Shown: positions 41,658 to 53,504 of the stretch, piece after piece
How the letters are laid out: each line of letters begins with the position of its first letter
How positions within the stretch are numbered: the first letter of the stretch is position 1
DNA from: Azolla caroliniana
Taxonomy: Eukaryota; Plantae; Polypodiophyta
NCBI GenBank assembly: GCA_043228905.1
Contig: JBHGNT010000022.1
Location: 3,100,001 to 3,164,000 of the forward strand
DNA: 64,000 bases
Reading direction: 5' to 3'
Translations under genes and position numbers: made by a program
Notes under the pieces: model-generated
Told to the model about the DNA's origin: nothing
Databases searched by the model: none
Seen by the model: only the letters and a program-made list of their open reading frames with translations

Positions 41658-44600
41658 TCGATGTAAAATGAACATGCTTTGTTTTTTGTGATGGGGGTAT
41701 TAGGCGCTAGATTAAGGTTCTAGTCAGAAAGGATGTGGGTTGAAATCCCACTGGCATAATTCATTTAAAATGAACAACCGTCGTTCTGGGGACGGTTGAT
41801 TAGGAAACACGATAAGTGGATGAGGTGGCCGAGTTGGTCTAATGCGCTAGATTAAGGTTCTAGTCCGAAAGGGCGTGGGTTCAAATCCCACTCTCATCAT
41901 CGATGTAAAATGAACATGCTTTGTTTTTGTGATTGGGGTACTAGGCGCTAGATTAAGGTTCTAGTAAGAAAGGACGTGGGTTGAAATCCCACTGTCATAG
42001 TTAGCCTCCGGATTGTACGCTGTGGTGAGCAAGAGTTTAATCCCTAGCCAGTCAAACAGCTCTACCGCCTCTTGCGCGTCCAATTCTCCGTAGTCGGCCA
42101 CGATCTTACTTATGCACCCGTATCGGCATACCACTTCTTCAATCAGAAATCGGCACACGGCCGCAGTCGTTTTGTTCTGCAATGCTCGGTCTTCCACCTG
42201 GTTCATCAGGTTCTCTCGAACCAGCACAAGATACCGTATCTGCCCTACCCCAATCGACATCGTCACCAGATCCACCATCCACTTAAAGTGGACGGTCGGA
42301 GGGTAGGTCGGGTGCAGCTCGTCCCGAGGTCGGACTATGGAGTGCACCTGACAGCTTTCGCAAGTCGTCACGAACTGTTGCACGTCCCGGTATAGTCCCG
42401 GCCACCGGTACTTCCCCTTTAGCTTCTCGAATGTGGCGCGCGTCCCACGGTGTCTGGCCCAAGGATTCTCGTGGTATGCCGTCAGCAATTCTTCCTGTTC
42501 CTCTTTCTTCGCCACCACTCGGAGCGGGATGCCGTTTCTCTTCTTCGGGTGCTTCCATATGCTCTCGTCCTGTAGGAAGAATTGGTACACTTTCTTCCGA
42601 ATCCGGTTGGTCTCTTCCTTTGTCCACGCCGCGTCCGGTGTCATTGTTTTTAGGAACCTGCCGATGTGGAGCCACTCCCCGTCGTACTTGCTCTCATCGA
42701 ATTCGTTAAGCGCCGGAGTGCTCCCCTTTCTTGTTGTTACGTAAGCCGCCTCGAAGAAGTCCACGCCGACTTCCTCGTCCTCCGAAACCATGCCGTCCTC
42801 ATCATCGAACCTCGCTCTCGAAAGCATATCGGCCATGGCATTGTCCTTCCCGGAAATGTGTCGTATTTCCGGATTCAGGGACTTGATGTACGCTATCCAC
42901 CTGAGCATTGCCATGTCCGACGTCACGCATCCGGAAACCATGCCGAGAATTGGTAGGCAGTCCGTCTCGATTATCACCTCTGTCCCGATCAGGTAGTCTT
43001 TATTGGCCTTGACCGCCGAAATGATACCCCAGAGTTCTCGTTTAACCTGGGCGTATCCGAACTGGATGGGGAACCTCGCGCTATCGTCATGCTCTTGGTT
43101 GATCACCCATCCGATCCCAGTCGAAATCGTGTCTACGGTCACGTAAATCAGAGTGGCTTTGCCGTAGACAGCCTTTCGGTGTGCCGGTGCTGCGGCAAGT
43201 GCTCCTTTCATCTTCCGAACCGACTCCGTATGCTCGTCTCTCCACTCGAATTTACGCCCTTTCTTCAGCAACCCATAGAGCGGCTCCGCGACGTGGGCGT
43301 AATGCGGGATCCAGATATGGTAGAATGCACATGCTCCCAGGAATCTCCGAACCTCTGTAACCGAATTGCAGTCTTGCTTCATCGTGGAGATGGCCTCCAC
43401 CTTGGCCGGAGACGGTTTTCGACCGTATGGCCTGCATAGGTGTCTGACTACCAGGATCTCCGGCTGTCCAAAGGCTGATTTTTCTCTGGAGAAGGTGAGC
43501 CGCGTGCTCTCAAGTCTATGTAGCACCTTCTCGCAGTCGTGGATGTGATCCGTCATGAACCTCCGACAACCTTTGACCGGCGAAGGCCTCCGCGAACTCG
43601 TCTATGGTCGGTCCGATTCTTGCGTTCCGAATGGTCACCTTGTTGACCGGCTGCAGGTCTTGAATAAAGCGCAACGTGCCGTTCTTCTTTGGCACGGTAA
43701 ACCACCGATTCGAGTATGGGGTACTAGACGGTTCGAGGATGCCCATCTCCACCTTCTGTTTCAGCAGCTCCATCAACTTTGGGATGTGAGCTCTGGGTAC
43801 ATGCGGTACTATGAAGATCACCATTGGTTCCACAACTGTCGGGTCTACGCACCCGATCTCCTCCGGTGAGAATGTGAAAGCCTTCCCGTGCCTCCCGAGC
43901 ATTCTCCGAAACCGGTCCTCTTCCACCGGCAGTAGAAAGCCACCCCCACCGATCTTGAGCTTTCGTAGCGTTATGTCGGTGAATGTGTGTCCTATACTGG
44001 CCGAATCTCGTAAACTTGGGTCCGATGCGACCCCCTTTATCCGTAACTCGCTGCCCTCCGGCAACGGTGCCGCGACTGGCCTCACCTTTTGGCCCACTGT
44101 CTTGTACTTCGTATCCACTCAGGCCGTCCGATTCGACTCGAGTCCATTACCGAAGTCGGCGATGACTTCGTACATGTTTTCCGAACTTACCGGAATCGTC
44201 CGGTCCTCATTAAGGCCTTCTCTGAACACCTCCCGTAACTTCCCTAAGGTGTCGTCAAAAGAGACCACCTCCACGGCTCCGTTGATTTCCTCTTCAGGGC
44301 CGAGGACTCCACATGCCCGAAGTCGCTCCTCTGCCCACTTCTTTTCCCGGCCAACTACGTCAACTATTATGCAACCTCCGCTATCAGAGAACCAAAATTT
44401 CCTACCTATGGTACATGTCTTTTTGCCTATAGTACATCGGTGGGGTTTTTCCGGGGTGTCCGGACTATCGCAACCCCACGCCTTGATAGCCCTCTCTAAA
44501 AATCCGAGGGGTTTTTCGCCACCGAGGGTCTCGTGGTTATGCTCATGGTTCGGTCGCACCGTCAGGAACTGGACCGAGTGACGCCCTTCCTGGCTCTTGA

Positions 44601-46564
44601 CTCGTGCATATGCCGAACCGTTGTCCAACATCTTTGTCTCCATCTGTGCCGCCGTGATGTACGGTTCCCCGAGTATAACCAGATGCGAGGACGTCTCCTG
44701 CATGAAGAAGTGCTGATTGATCTCGACATCGCCAATTTTCACTCGTACATTTGGGCAGGCTCCATGCAGTTCTTCCGTGGCACGCGTTGTTGCCCGTATT
44801 TTCCACCCATGCTTGGTGTTGATCGGCCACTTCCCCTTCTTGTAGAAGTCCGTGGACATCAAGTTGATTTCTGAACCGTGGTCCACCAACGCCACCACCG
44901 ACTCCTGAACATCTCCGATCTTAACGGGGGTCTCCGTGGTTGCTCTGGCCCAATGTGGCCTTGAATAGTGGCTCTCCGCCAACTCGTCTTCTAGAGCCAT
45001 GTCTTCTAGGTGCGTCTTTCACACCTCCACCGGCTTCTCTGGTTCCGGCTCTGTCGAAAGCCTTTTCCGCTTCACCAAGTCCACTATGGAGTCGTGGAAC
45101 TCCTTCTTGGCAATTCCGAGCACTTCCCTCAGTGGTAGCTCCAGTTTGCTGTCGAGGATACGTTCCTCGAGGACCTTTCGCAAGTCCGTGGTCCTCTCGA
45201 TCTTCGTGCTCAATCGGTACTCGGCCCTCTTGGTTTTATCCGGTGCGCCGGTCGCACCTGCATCATTCTGCTTTTGCCCGAACCGGGTCTCATACCGTTA
45301 TGAGGGTCCGCCCCCTCCGATCTTACCCGCACGCTTGTCCTCCACTAGAATCTCGTAGTTTTGGCAAGCGGCTTCAACGAAGCCTGTGTTCTCCTCGACC
45401 GGGTCACTCCACCTAGTTGCCTCCCGGACTCGTCTTTCTGCGTGGTCTGCTTCCTCTTTCCTCAGTCGTACGCCGGCGAGGCCTTCTAGTATCAACGACC
45501 AGAATCAGGCTTCCTTCGTCTTCCGAACTTCATCACTTCCGACCTGGATTCCAGCCGATGCCGAGTAGTGGACGGTCTCCGCGTGACGAGCCGCCGCTTC
45601 TTCCATCAGCCGTTTCATACCCCCTCGTCCGACATTCAGATCCAGGGCCCTTTGGGTTTTGCTAGCGTGCACCCGACCGTTCCATAGGTACACCACGTTA
45701 GCTCTTATCGCTTCGGCGAAGTCCCCGCAGTCCTCTCGGGCGTGGCCGACCGTGTCGCACCACAAGCACCGGTTCCCAGTCGGAGGCCTTCGGTCACGAA
45801 CTTGTTCACCGCCATCCCTCCGTGCTTGTGCAATCTGGAGGTCCCTCACCATCTGAGTCAGCTCCTCCAAAGCCACTCCTCTGGACGAGCCTTTGACCAT
45901 GCTGGTCGAAGTCGAGCCGGTCTCGAGCCAGTCTCAGGTCTCTTCCCTTCGCGCCGATGGGGGTACCTCGACCTTCCTTGTTGCAACAGAACCTGCCCCC
46001 GTCAAGCCTTTATTGACCCACTCACACCGTTTGTCGAAACGGCCGCAGAATCTCTTTACCACGGTCTAGTCGGTTGTTAGGCCGTCATCGGTCTCCAATA
46101 GGAAGCCCACTTGCTCCCGGTCCCTTACGTCCACCAATCTAAGGAACAATAGGACACGACTTGTGTCCAGTACGGTCCGGTCTGGCGCCGAAAGACGTGT
46201 GAAGCGTTCTTCAAACTCCCGAAGGAGCACCGACGCGTTTCTCCCCTTTTCGGGGGTCCTCACCCATTCCATGAAGTCCCGCTTCGATAGCCAAAGCGCG
46301 TCATCAAGCCCGTATTTTTCAAGGATCCGACCTTCAAAATCTTCCCAGGTCTGACTCTCAGCCCGTACGTCAAGTACTACTGTGTGGATGCCCGACATCG
46401 CCACCCGAGGGAATCCGGCCAGTCGCCTGTCCTCCGGGATGTCCCTCATCACCATTTCGGCTCGGTAATCCTCCAGATAGTTTGTGGCGTCCTTCCCACC
46501 GAACTGAACAATCGTGCCGACGACTGCTTCAATAGCCCTATCGAGGGCGCCTGTGCCTTCGCGC

Positions 46565-49500
46565 TGTCGTAGTGTAGGTTGCACACTATGTGGAAATTAT
46601 ATTTTTGTCCCTCCGGATAGAGAATGGAGTGCTCGGTGAGAACCGGAAGAAAACGGCATACCGGCAAGGAGGAAAACGGCATACCGGAGGAAAAACGGCA
46701 TACCGGCAAGGAAGAAAACGGCATACCGGCAAGGAAGAGCCGGATAAAGAGACATAAATGTAAAAAAAAGGAATTACTCACTACTGCGCAGGGCGTGATT
46801 CGAACTCTGCACCTCCACGTTGACACACCCCAACCTTACCATTACATTAAATTATCTTAAGTGTTTTAAATATAGATTTAATATGTATAAGACCTTTATT
46901 TATGCATACCTTTATTAAAAGGTAAATCGTGTATTTTTTTAATATATGAAAAAGAAAAAAAACACGAGACACTAAAAAATAACTCATGCACATCTAGCGT
47001 GCATGAGCCCTATACTTAGGAAATAAATAAAAAAGCATCACATGCACATTTAGTGGACATGAACACTTTTTGTAAAAAAAAAAGCATGAAGCCATGCTTA
47101 GCTCTTCTTTCCTTATATAAGGAGGAGAGAAATATGTAAAGGGTTGTTGATTATTTGGATTAAGAATTAATCAATACAAAAATTACTCGTGGGATTCACG
47201 ATTTATACATCTACTTCTCTCTTAACACCTTAAGTACCAATTAATATAGTATACTCGTGTGATTCACGAGTTTCTTATCTTTCTCTTTGCTATTTACTCA
47301 TAATTAATCTCTATCTCACGAACTTCTTTCTCCTAGTCCAAGACCTCTGTGGTTCCCACCCGACTCACGCAACGATCCGGAGCCGAAAGGCACGACACAG
47401 TTGGTGAACCCGACGTGAAGACGGGTGGCAAGGAGATGGAGGCTCAACAAGCTAACAATATGATGGCGATGTTCGAACGGATGCTTCAAGAACAACGCAC
47501 GATGTCGGAGATTTCGGCATCAGTAGAGCGGCTCGTGCAACGCAACGGGCAATTTAATGGTAAGGATGTGTCGCGATATTTGCAGGACTACAAGGCGGAG
47601 ATGCTCCGGTGCCGGGCTTCGGAAGGACTGCAAGTGACATCCTTTAACCGGGTGGCGACCGACGGGCTTCAAGGGAGTATCCACGGGTTGCAACAACAAA
47701 ATCCGACGTGGGAAGCATTCGAAGAGGCGTTAAAGACCACGTTTGCCATCGAGGACTCCTCCAAGGCAACGCGGAGGGGATTCGAGGATTGGGTGGAAAC
47801 GTCAGGTAAGGGGCTGAAGGTCCTCGAAGTGTTTTCGACATTCGAAAGTCGGTTCGGGAGGTTGTCCGCGAGAGATCAAACTATTCTTGCACCGGACAAA
47901 GTCATCATGTTTTTGCGAGCTGTGGACGTCCGGGACCGGAAAGATCTCGGAGTGCTTCTTGAGGACACGACCACCGAAAGCGGCCTCACCGAAACAAGTA
48001 CGAATCGGCCCGGATGGGGCATCTACGTACACGGCCGTAACCGGAGGAATGAAGAAACAATACCGACAAGTGGAGGATAAGTTACGGTCGGCATCAATAA
48101 TAAAAGAAGACGAAGAAATCGTGGGAGTGATCGAGGAAGTGTTCTATGGGAATACACTACAACGGCTTGAAGAGCTTGCGGAAGATAAAAGCCAAGGGAA
48201 CCGGGTAGTCCCGGTGGAATCGGTCGAGATGTACGAGATCGTTGCGAAAATGGGGCCGGATGCGCTCCGCAAAGAAGAAGCAATGGTAAGTACGAAATAC
48301 AAGACCGTGGAGAAGAAGGTGAAACCGGCCGCGGGACCACTACCCGCCGATAGCGAACAAAAGAAGAAAGAAGTCTCGGGAGATCCGACACTTCGGAAGT
48401 CTGTGGATATCGGACATGCCTTCACAGATGAGACCCGGAAGAAACTTCGGATCGGTGGAGGTGGGTTCCTCTTACAAGAAGAAGAAAAACGGTTTCGAGA
48501 GATGTTGGAGCAACACGGCAAAGCATTCGCGTTCACATTGAGGGAGATCGGATGCATTGATCCAAAGATAGTGGAGCCGATGGTGATTTTCACGATTGAT
48601 CATGTACCGTGGAACCTGAAGCCGATTCCGGTGCCACGGGCGCATATTCCGAAAGTCATCGACTTACTCAAGGAGAAGGTGGCGATGGGGATTCTAGAGC
48701 CATCGAGTGCTCCGTACTCAAATCGATGGTTTACGGTTCCGAAGAAGAATGGGTCACTCCGATTCATCCAAGACTTGCAACCGGTGAACAAGGTCACGAT
48801 CCGGAACTCGGGAGTCGGTCCGATAGTGGACGAATTCGCGGAAGCTTTTGCCGGACGTGCGATATACTCCATCGGGGACCTATACTCGGGGTATGACCAA
48901 TTCCAACTAGCCGTGGAGAGCCGAGACATCACTACCATGCGGACACCGATAGGACTAGTTCGAATGTGCACACTACCACAAGGAGCGACAAACTCGGTTG
49001 CACATATGATGAACGCGATGAACAAGGTGCTTCGAGATTGCATCCCGGAGATAACGATGCCGTTTCTAGATGACATTCCGATGAAAGGATGCGCGGTGGA
49101 AGAAAAAGATGAGACTATGGATGATCGGGGATGCCGAAAGTTCGTGGTCGACCATATTCATGATTGCGAGAAAGTGTTGCGAAAGCTAGAAGATGTGCAC
49201 CTAACACTTTCCGGGGAGAAATCGGCATTCGGGCAAGAAGAAATATTGGTGGTCGGACATCTATGTGGACCCTACGGCCGAAGACCGTCACCAACAAAGA
49301 TCGATGCGATTCAAGCTATGAAGGAAGTATGTGAGTCAACATCGGAAGTCCGAAGGTTTCTGGGTGCGTGTGCATTCTATCACATATGGATTCCGCACTA
49401 TGCACATATAGCGGACCCGCTCTATCACTTGTTGCGGAAAGGTAAGAAATTCGAGTGGAAACCGGAACACACTAAAGCCATGAGGAAGCTCAAGAAGACA

Positions 49501-52364
49501 CTATGGAGGGCGGAATCACTTAAGAAGCCAAGCTACGAGCGGCCAATCATAGTAACGGTTGATACAAGTCCAACCGGTATCGGGTGGGTCATCAATCAAG
49601 CCGACTCGGATGGTTCGCGGTATCCGATCCGATTTGGAGCAAAGGTCCTCAACGAAAGGCAACGCGGATATGCACAAGTCAAAAGAGAATTGTGGGGAGT
49701 CGTGTCGGCGATAAAATCGGATCGGAATTATTTGATCGGAGCTGAAGTGGTGATCGAGACGGATTGTCTTCCGATACTCGGGATGATGCGGTGTTGTACG
49801 ATACCGGATGTGGCTATGCTAAGGTGGATTGCATATGTCAAGTCACTTAATCCGGAGGTTCGACACATCTCGGGGAAGGACAACGCGGTAGCGGACATGT
49901 TATCGAGGGCGCGGTTTGAAGACGACATAACCGAATCAGATAATGAAGAAGTTTCCGAAGACTACTTCACGTCAGAACACATATGCCGAGTGAACGTGAT
50001 CCGAGAATTCCGGGAAGAAGAATACGAGGGGGAAACCTTGATGATCGGGAAGATGCTACAAGAGGTCGAGGATTCAACCAATGATAAAGAAAGGAGAGCC
50101 GAGATCCGAAGGAAGAAGAGGCAAGTCCAAAAGTTCTTCTTGGAAAACGGTTTAATATGGAGGACGCCGAAAAGACCGGATGGGATACCACTTCGAGTAG
50201 TCGGGACGAAAGAGCAACGAAACCGGATAATGTCTGAGTTCCACGAATCCGATTGGGCTGGACATCGAGGAACATGGGCAACTTTTGTGAAAATCAAGCA
50301 AAGATATTGGTGGAAGAACATGTATAAAAATGTCGCGGAGTTCACAGAAAGCTGCGAGAAATGTCAAGTCTACTCCGGGGTCCGACACCGAGATGAGCTG
50401 CATCCGACATTCTCACCGACAATCAACTTCAAGTGGATGGTCGACATTGTAGCTATGCCGACCGGGATTGGACAAAAGAAATACTTGGTGTTAGCTCGAG
50501 AAGATCTCACAAACCAAGTTGAAGGTCGAGCGCTTCGGAGGAAAACGTGTGCCGCGGTGTGCCAATTTCTTTTGGAAGAAGTGTTTTGTAGGTACGGCTG
50601 CGTAGGACAAGTGATTGCGGACCGGGGAGAACTCGACTCGGACAAAGCTAGGGGATTCTTCGCCAAACATGGAGTTCGGTTAACGTTGACAACGGCCTAC
50701 AATCCGGAGGCCAACGGGAAGATCGAACGAGGACATAGTCCGATCGTGAAAGCACTTGCGAAGGCATGCGACGGAAGGGTGAAGGATTGGCCACAAATGC
50801 TTCCGTATGCACTATGGGCGGATCGGACGACGCATAGCTCCGTGACCGGTTACATGCCGGCAGAACTCATGACCGGACAAGCACCGGTAATGCCAACGGA
50901 AACCGCAATCGCGACATGGACAATACTACCGTGGAAGGAAGAGATGAGCCGGGAAGAACTACTAGCGGTCCGGATACGACAACTGGAGGGAAGACCGAAA
51001 GATGTAGCGGAAGCGTCACGCCGACAACAAGAAGCACGGTTCCGGAACAAAAGCCGGTTCGACACAAAGCACCGACTACGACCGAGGAGGATTGAAGAAG
51101 GAGATTGGGTGATCGTCTATGATAGTAGCTTGGACCATCAACATACAACGATGCGGAAATTCGCGAAAAGGTGGTTCGGGCCGTACGAGGTTCGGAAGGT
51201 CTTCGACAACGGGACGTACCGACTGTCCGAGTTGGATGGAACAATACTACGAGTGCCTATAGCCGGGAAGCGGGTGAAGATTTTCAAGAAGCGGACCGAC
51301 GACAAACCTTATGTGATCCAAGTCGAGGCCGACAACGAGGAGCAATCGGACGAAGACCACAATGATGCGGGAAGCGAAGAAAGTGGATTACAACTCATAG
51401 TCGACATAAGGGGAGAATCGGAGGAAGCTTCGGATGAAGACGGATACGAAGAATCAAGAACTTCGGCACATACCGGAGGATGTGCGGGTTTGGAGGGGGC
51501 GAGTGTCGTAGTGTAGGTTGCACACTATGTGGAAATTATATTTTTGTCCCTCCGGATAGAGAATGGAGTGCTCGGTGAGAACCGGAAGAAAACGGCATAC
51601 CGGCAAGGAGGAAAACGGCATACCGGCAAGGAGGAAAAACGGCATACCGGCAAGGAGGAAAACGGCATACCGGCAAGGAAGAAAACGGCATACCGGCAAG
51701 GAAGAGCCGGATAAAGAGACATAAATGTAAAAAAAAGGAATTACTCACTACTGCGCAGGGCGTGATTCGAACTCTGCACCTCCACGTTGACACACCCCAA
51801 CCTTACCATTACATTAAATTATCTTAAGTGTTTTAAATATAGATTTAATATGTATAAGACCTTTATTTATGCATACCTTTATTAAAAGGTAAATCGTGTA
51901 TTTTTTTAATATATGAAAAAGAAAAAAAACACGAGACACTAAAAAATAACTCATGCACATCTAGCGTGCATGAGCCCTATACTTAGGAAATAAATAAAAA
52001 AGCATCACATGCACATTTAGTGGACATGAACACTTTTTGTAAAAAAAAAAGCATGAAGCCATGCTTAGCTCTTCTTTCCTTATATAAGGAGGAGAGAAAT
52101 ATGTAAAGGGTTGTTGATTATTTGGATTAAGAATTAATCAATACAAAAATTACTCGTGGGATTCACGATTTATACATCTACTTCTCTCTTAACACCTTAA
52201 GTACCAATTAATATAGTATACTCGTGTGATTCACGAGTTTCTTATCTTTCTCTTTGCTATTTACTCATAATTAATCTCTATCTCACGAACTTCTTTCTCC
52301 TAGTCCAAGACCTCTGTGGTTCCCACCCGACTCACGCAACGATCCGGAGCCGAAAGGCACGACA
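46565..52364 (+). mobile_element. Young Gypsy retrotransposon with an internal gag/protease deletion
   Basis: LTRs 46565-47397 and 51504-52364; TSD GCGC; PBS TGGTGAACCCGACGTGA at 47402; PPT ggagggggcgag. Confidence 0.97.
47887..51516 (+). CDS. Gypsy pol ORF (RT-RNase H-integrase with GPY/F motif; no protease, no chromodomain seen)
   Basis: DLYSGY, LPQG, FLDD, VDTSPTGIG, H..H..CEKC, ADRG, NGKIER, WFGPY; uninterrupted; stop lies inside the 3' LTR; true start uncertain. Confidence 0.9.
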   Translation: MHRTKSSCFCELWTSGTGKISECFLRTRPPKAASPKQVRIGPDGASTYTAVTGGMKKQYRQVEDKLRSASIIKEDEEIVGVIEEVFYGNTLQRLEELAEDKSQGNRVVPVESVEMYEIVAKMGPDALRKEEAMVSTKYKTVEKKVKPAAGPLPADSEQKKKEVSGDPTLRKSVDIGHAFTDETRKKLRIGGGGFLLQEEEKRFREMLEQHGKAFAFTLREIGCIDPKIVEPMVIFTIDHVPWNLKPIPVPRAHIPKVIDLLKEKVAMGILEPSSAPYSNRWFTVPKKNGSLRFIQDLQPVNKVTIRNSGVGPIVDEFAEAFAGRAIYSIGDLYSGYDQFQLAVESRDITTMRTPIGLVRMCTLPQGATNSVAHMMNAMNKVLRDCIPEITMPFLDDIPMKGCAVEEKDETMDDRGCRKFVVDHIHDCEKVLRKLEDVHLTLSGEKSAFGQEEILVVGHLCGPYGRRPSPTKIDAIQAMKEVCESTSEVRRFLGACAFYHIWIPHYAHIADPLYHLLRKGKKFEWKPEHTKAMRKLKKTLWRAESLKKPSYERPIIVTVDTSPTGIGWVINQADSDGSRYPIRFGAKVLNERQRGYAQVKRELWGVVSAIKSDRNYLIGAEVVIETDCLPILGMMRCCTIPDVAMLRWIAYVKSLNPEVRHISGKDNAVADMLSRARFEDDITESDNEEVSEDYFTSEHICRVNVIREFREEEYEGETLMIGKMLQEVEDSTNDKERRAEIRRKKRQVQKFFLENGLIWRTPKRPDGIPLRVVGTKEQRNRIMSEFHESDWAGHRGTWATFVKIKQRYWWKNMYKNVAEFTESCEKCQVYSGVRHRDELHPTFSPTINFKWMVDIVAMPTGIGQKKYLVLAREDLTNQVEGRALRRKTCAAVCQFLLEEVFCRYGCVGQVIADRGELDSDKARGFFAKHGVRLTLTTAYNPEANGKIERGHSPIVKALAKACDGRVKDWPQMLPYALWADRTTHSSVTGYMPAELMTGQAPVMPTETAIATWTILPWKEEMSREELLAVRIRQLEGRPKDVAEASRRQQEARFRNKSRFDTKHRLRPRRIEEGDWVIVYDSSLDHQHTTMRKFAKRWFGPYEVRKVFDNGTYRLSELDGTILRVPIAGKRVKIFKKRTDDKPYVIQVEADNEEQSDEDHNDAGSEESGLQLIVDIRGESEEASDEDGYEESRTSAHTGGCAGLEGASVVV

Positions 52365-53504
52365 GCGCGCACTCACTATCTGATCCACAGCCGAAGCCAT
52401 GGCTTCTGCAAGATCCGACCCTCTCATCTTTCTATTCCTCTGCCGCCTGTTCACTTCGGGTTCACCAAATATGTCGCATTGTTACGCACGTGCGTGGGGA
52501 ACGAGGCGGGACCACGGGGGCCTTGGACCGAGAAATAACCGAATGAGAAGAGGGGAAGGAAATTACCAATGTACTTCACACGTGCACAGGCACACAGATT
52601 CACAGGAGTTGCAACTAACTCTGAACAATGGAGACAGAACGAATGTATATGTATATATAAATCAAGGGGGTTTACAACCGGCAAGCCAGCGAGTGATAAG
52701 CTCCAACACTTGCATACACACACACACACACAGAACGCGAGATGGAGACTCTGCCAGAAGCACTCGGGCGTTCCGCGGAGCAGAGTCAGCCTCCCGAAAA
52801 CCTGCACAGAACGACTATGGAGAAGACAGAGGAGAAGAGCTCAGTTCCAGTACGGTAGCACTTCGTTCTCAACAAAACGCGATCCCCCTTTTTACATTAC
52901 CTCGTTTTTCTCCCTAATGAATGCATGCTACCTAGGATTTCACCTCAACCGACTTGTACCTGGGTCGAAGCACGCTACGGGGTACCAAAAAAGTACTGTT
53001 TTTGGCCACAAAAATTGTCAGTACTTTCAATACTGTTAGTACTGAATAATTCAGAAAAAAAATTAGAGAAAAAGAAAATCGATTTTGGAGAGTGGGGTGA
53101 CTGTAGTACAAGTGTCATTTACTGTAGAAGGAGTGGGGGGAACACGTGAGGAGATGTTCTTCCATTTTGGGGGCTATTTTCCCCTCACGTCGATTTTGGC
53201 ACTTCCCCTCACGTCGTTTTGGCGATTCCCCTCATACTGTTCTTCCTCTATCTCTCTGAGCTTTTCATCACAGACATCCATGTCACGTTTCTGATTTTCC
53301 TTCAATCTAAATCTCAGACATCCATGTCTGGTTGGAGAGTTTGAGTTGAGGATTTCTGATTTTTTTAGGGTTTCTGTTTTTGTTAGGTTTCGGTTGAGGT
53401 ACAGAGACTGTTCTGAGGGTTTAGGTAGCAGCCAATAGTCACTTCTTTGACAACGACTTTCGTACTTCCACCGATTGCAGTTGATGTCATGGTGATTTGG
53501 GGCT

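Larger units (their letters stand above)
39004..41998 (+). repeat. Tandem tRNA-Leu(AAG) array, right part (about 22 units, higher-order repeats)
   Basis: Same unit as the left part; 566-, 546- and 242-bp superperiods. Confidence 0.95.
41999..52970 (-). mobile_element. Degenerate Gypsy (partial 5' LTR 52472 to about 52970, PBS-Trp, gag-PR-RT-RH-IN), interrupted by 46565-52364 and truncated in integrase
   Basis: PBS TGGTGAACCCGAAGTGA at 52467-52451; gag ATG at 52400 rejoins in frame across the insertion (VSAR|EGTG); CLWCDTVGHAREDC, LVDHGSEIN, PYSNRWFTVPKK; ends at AYNPEAN. Confidence 0.9.

Noticed and set aside
28398-41998. CRISPR-like repeat-spacer array
   Set aside because: Spacers are homologous to each other, the repeat is a tRNA, the context is eukaryotic and there are no cas genes.
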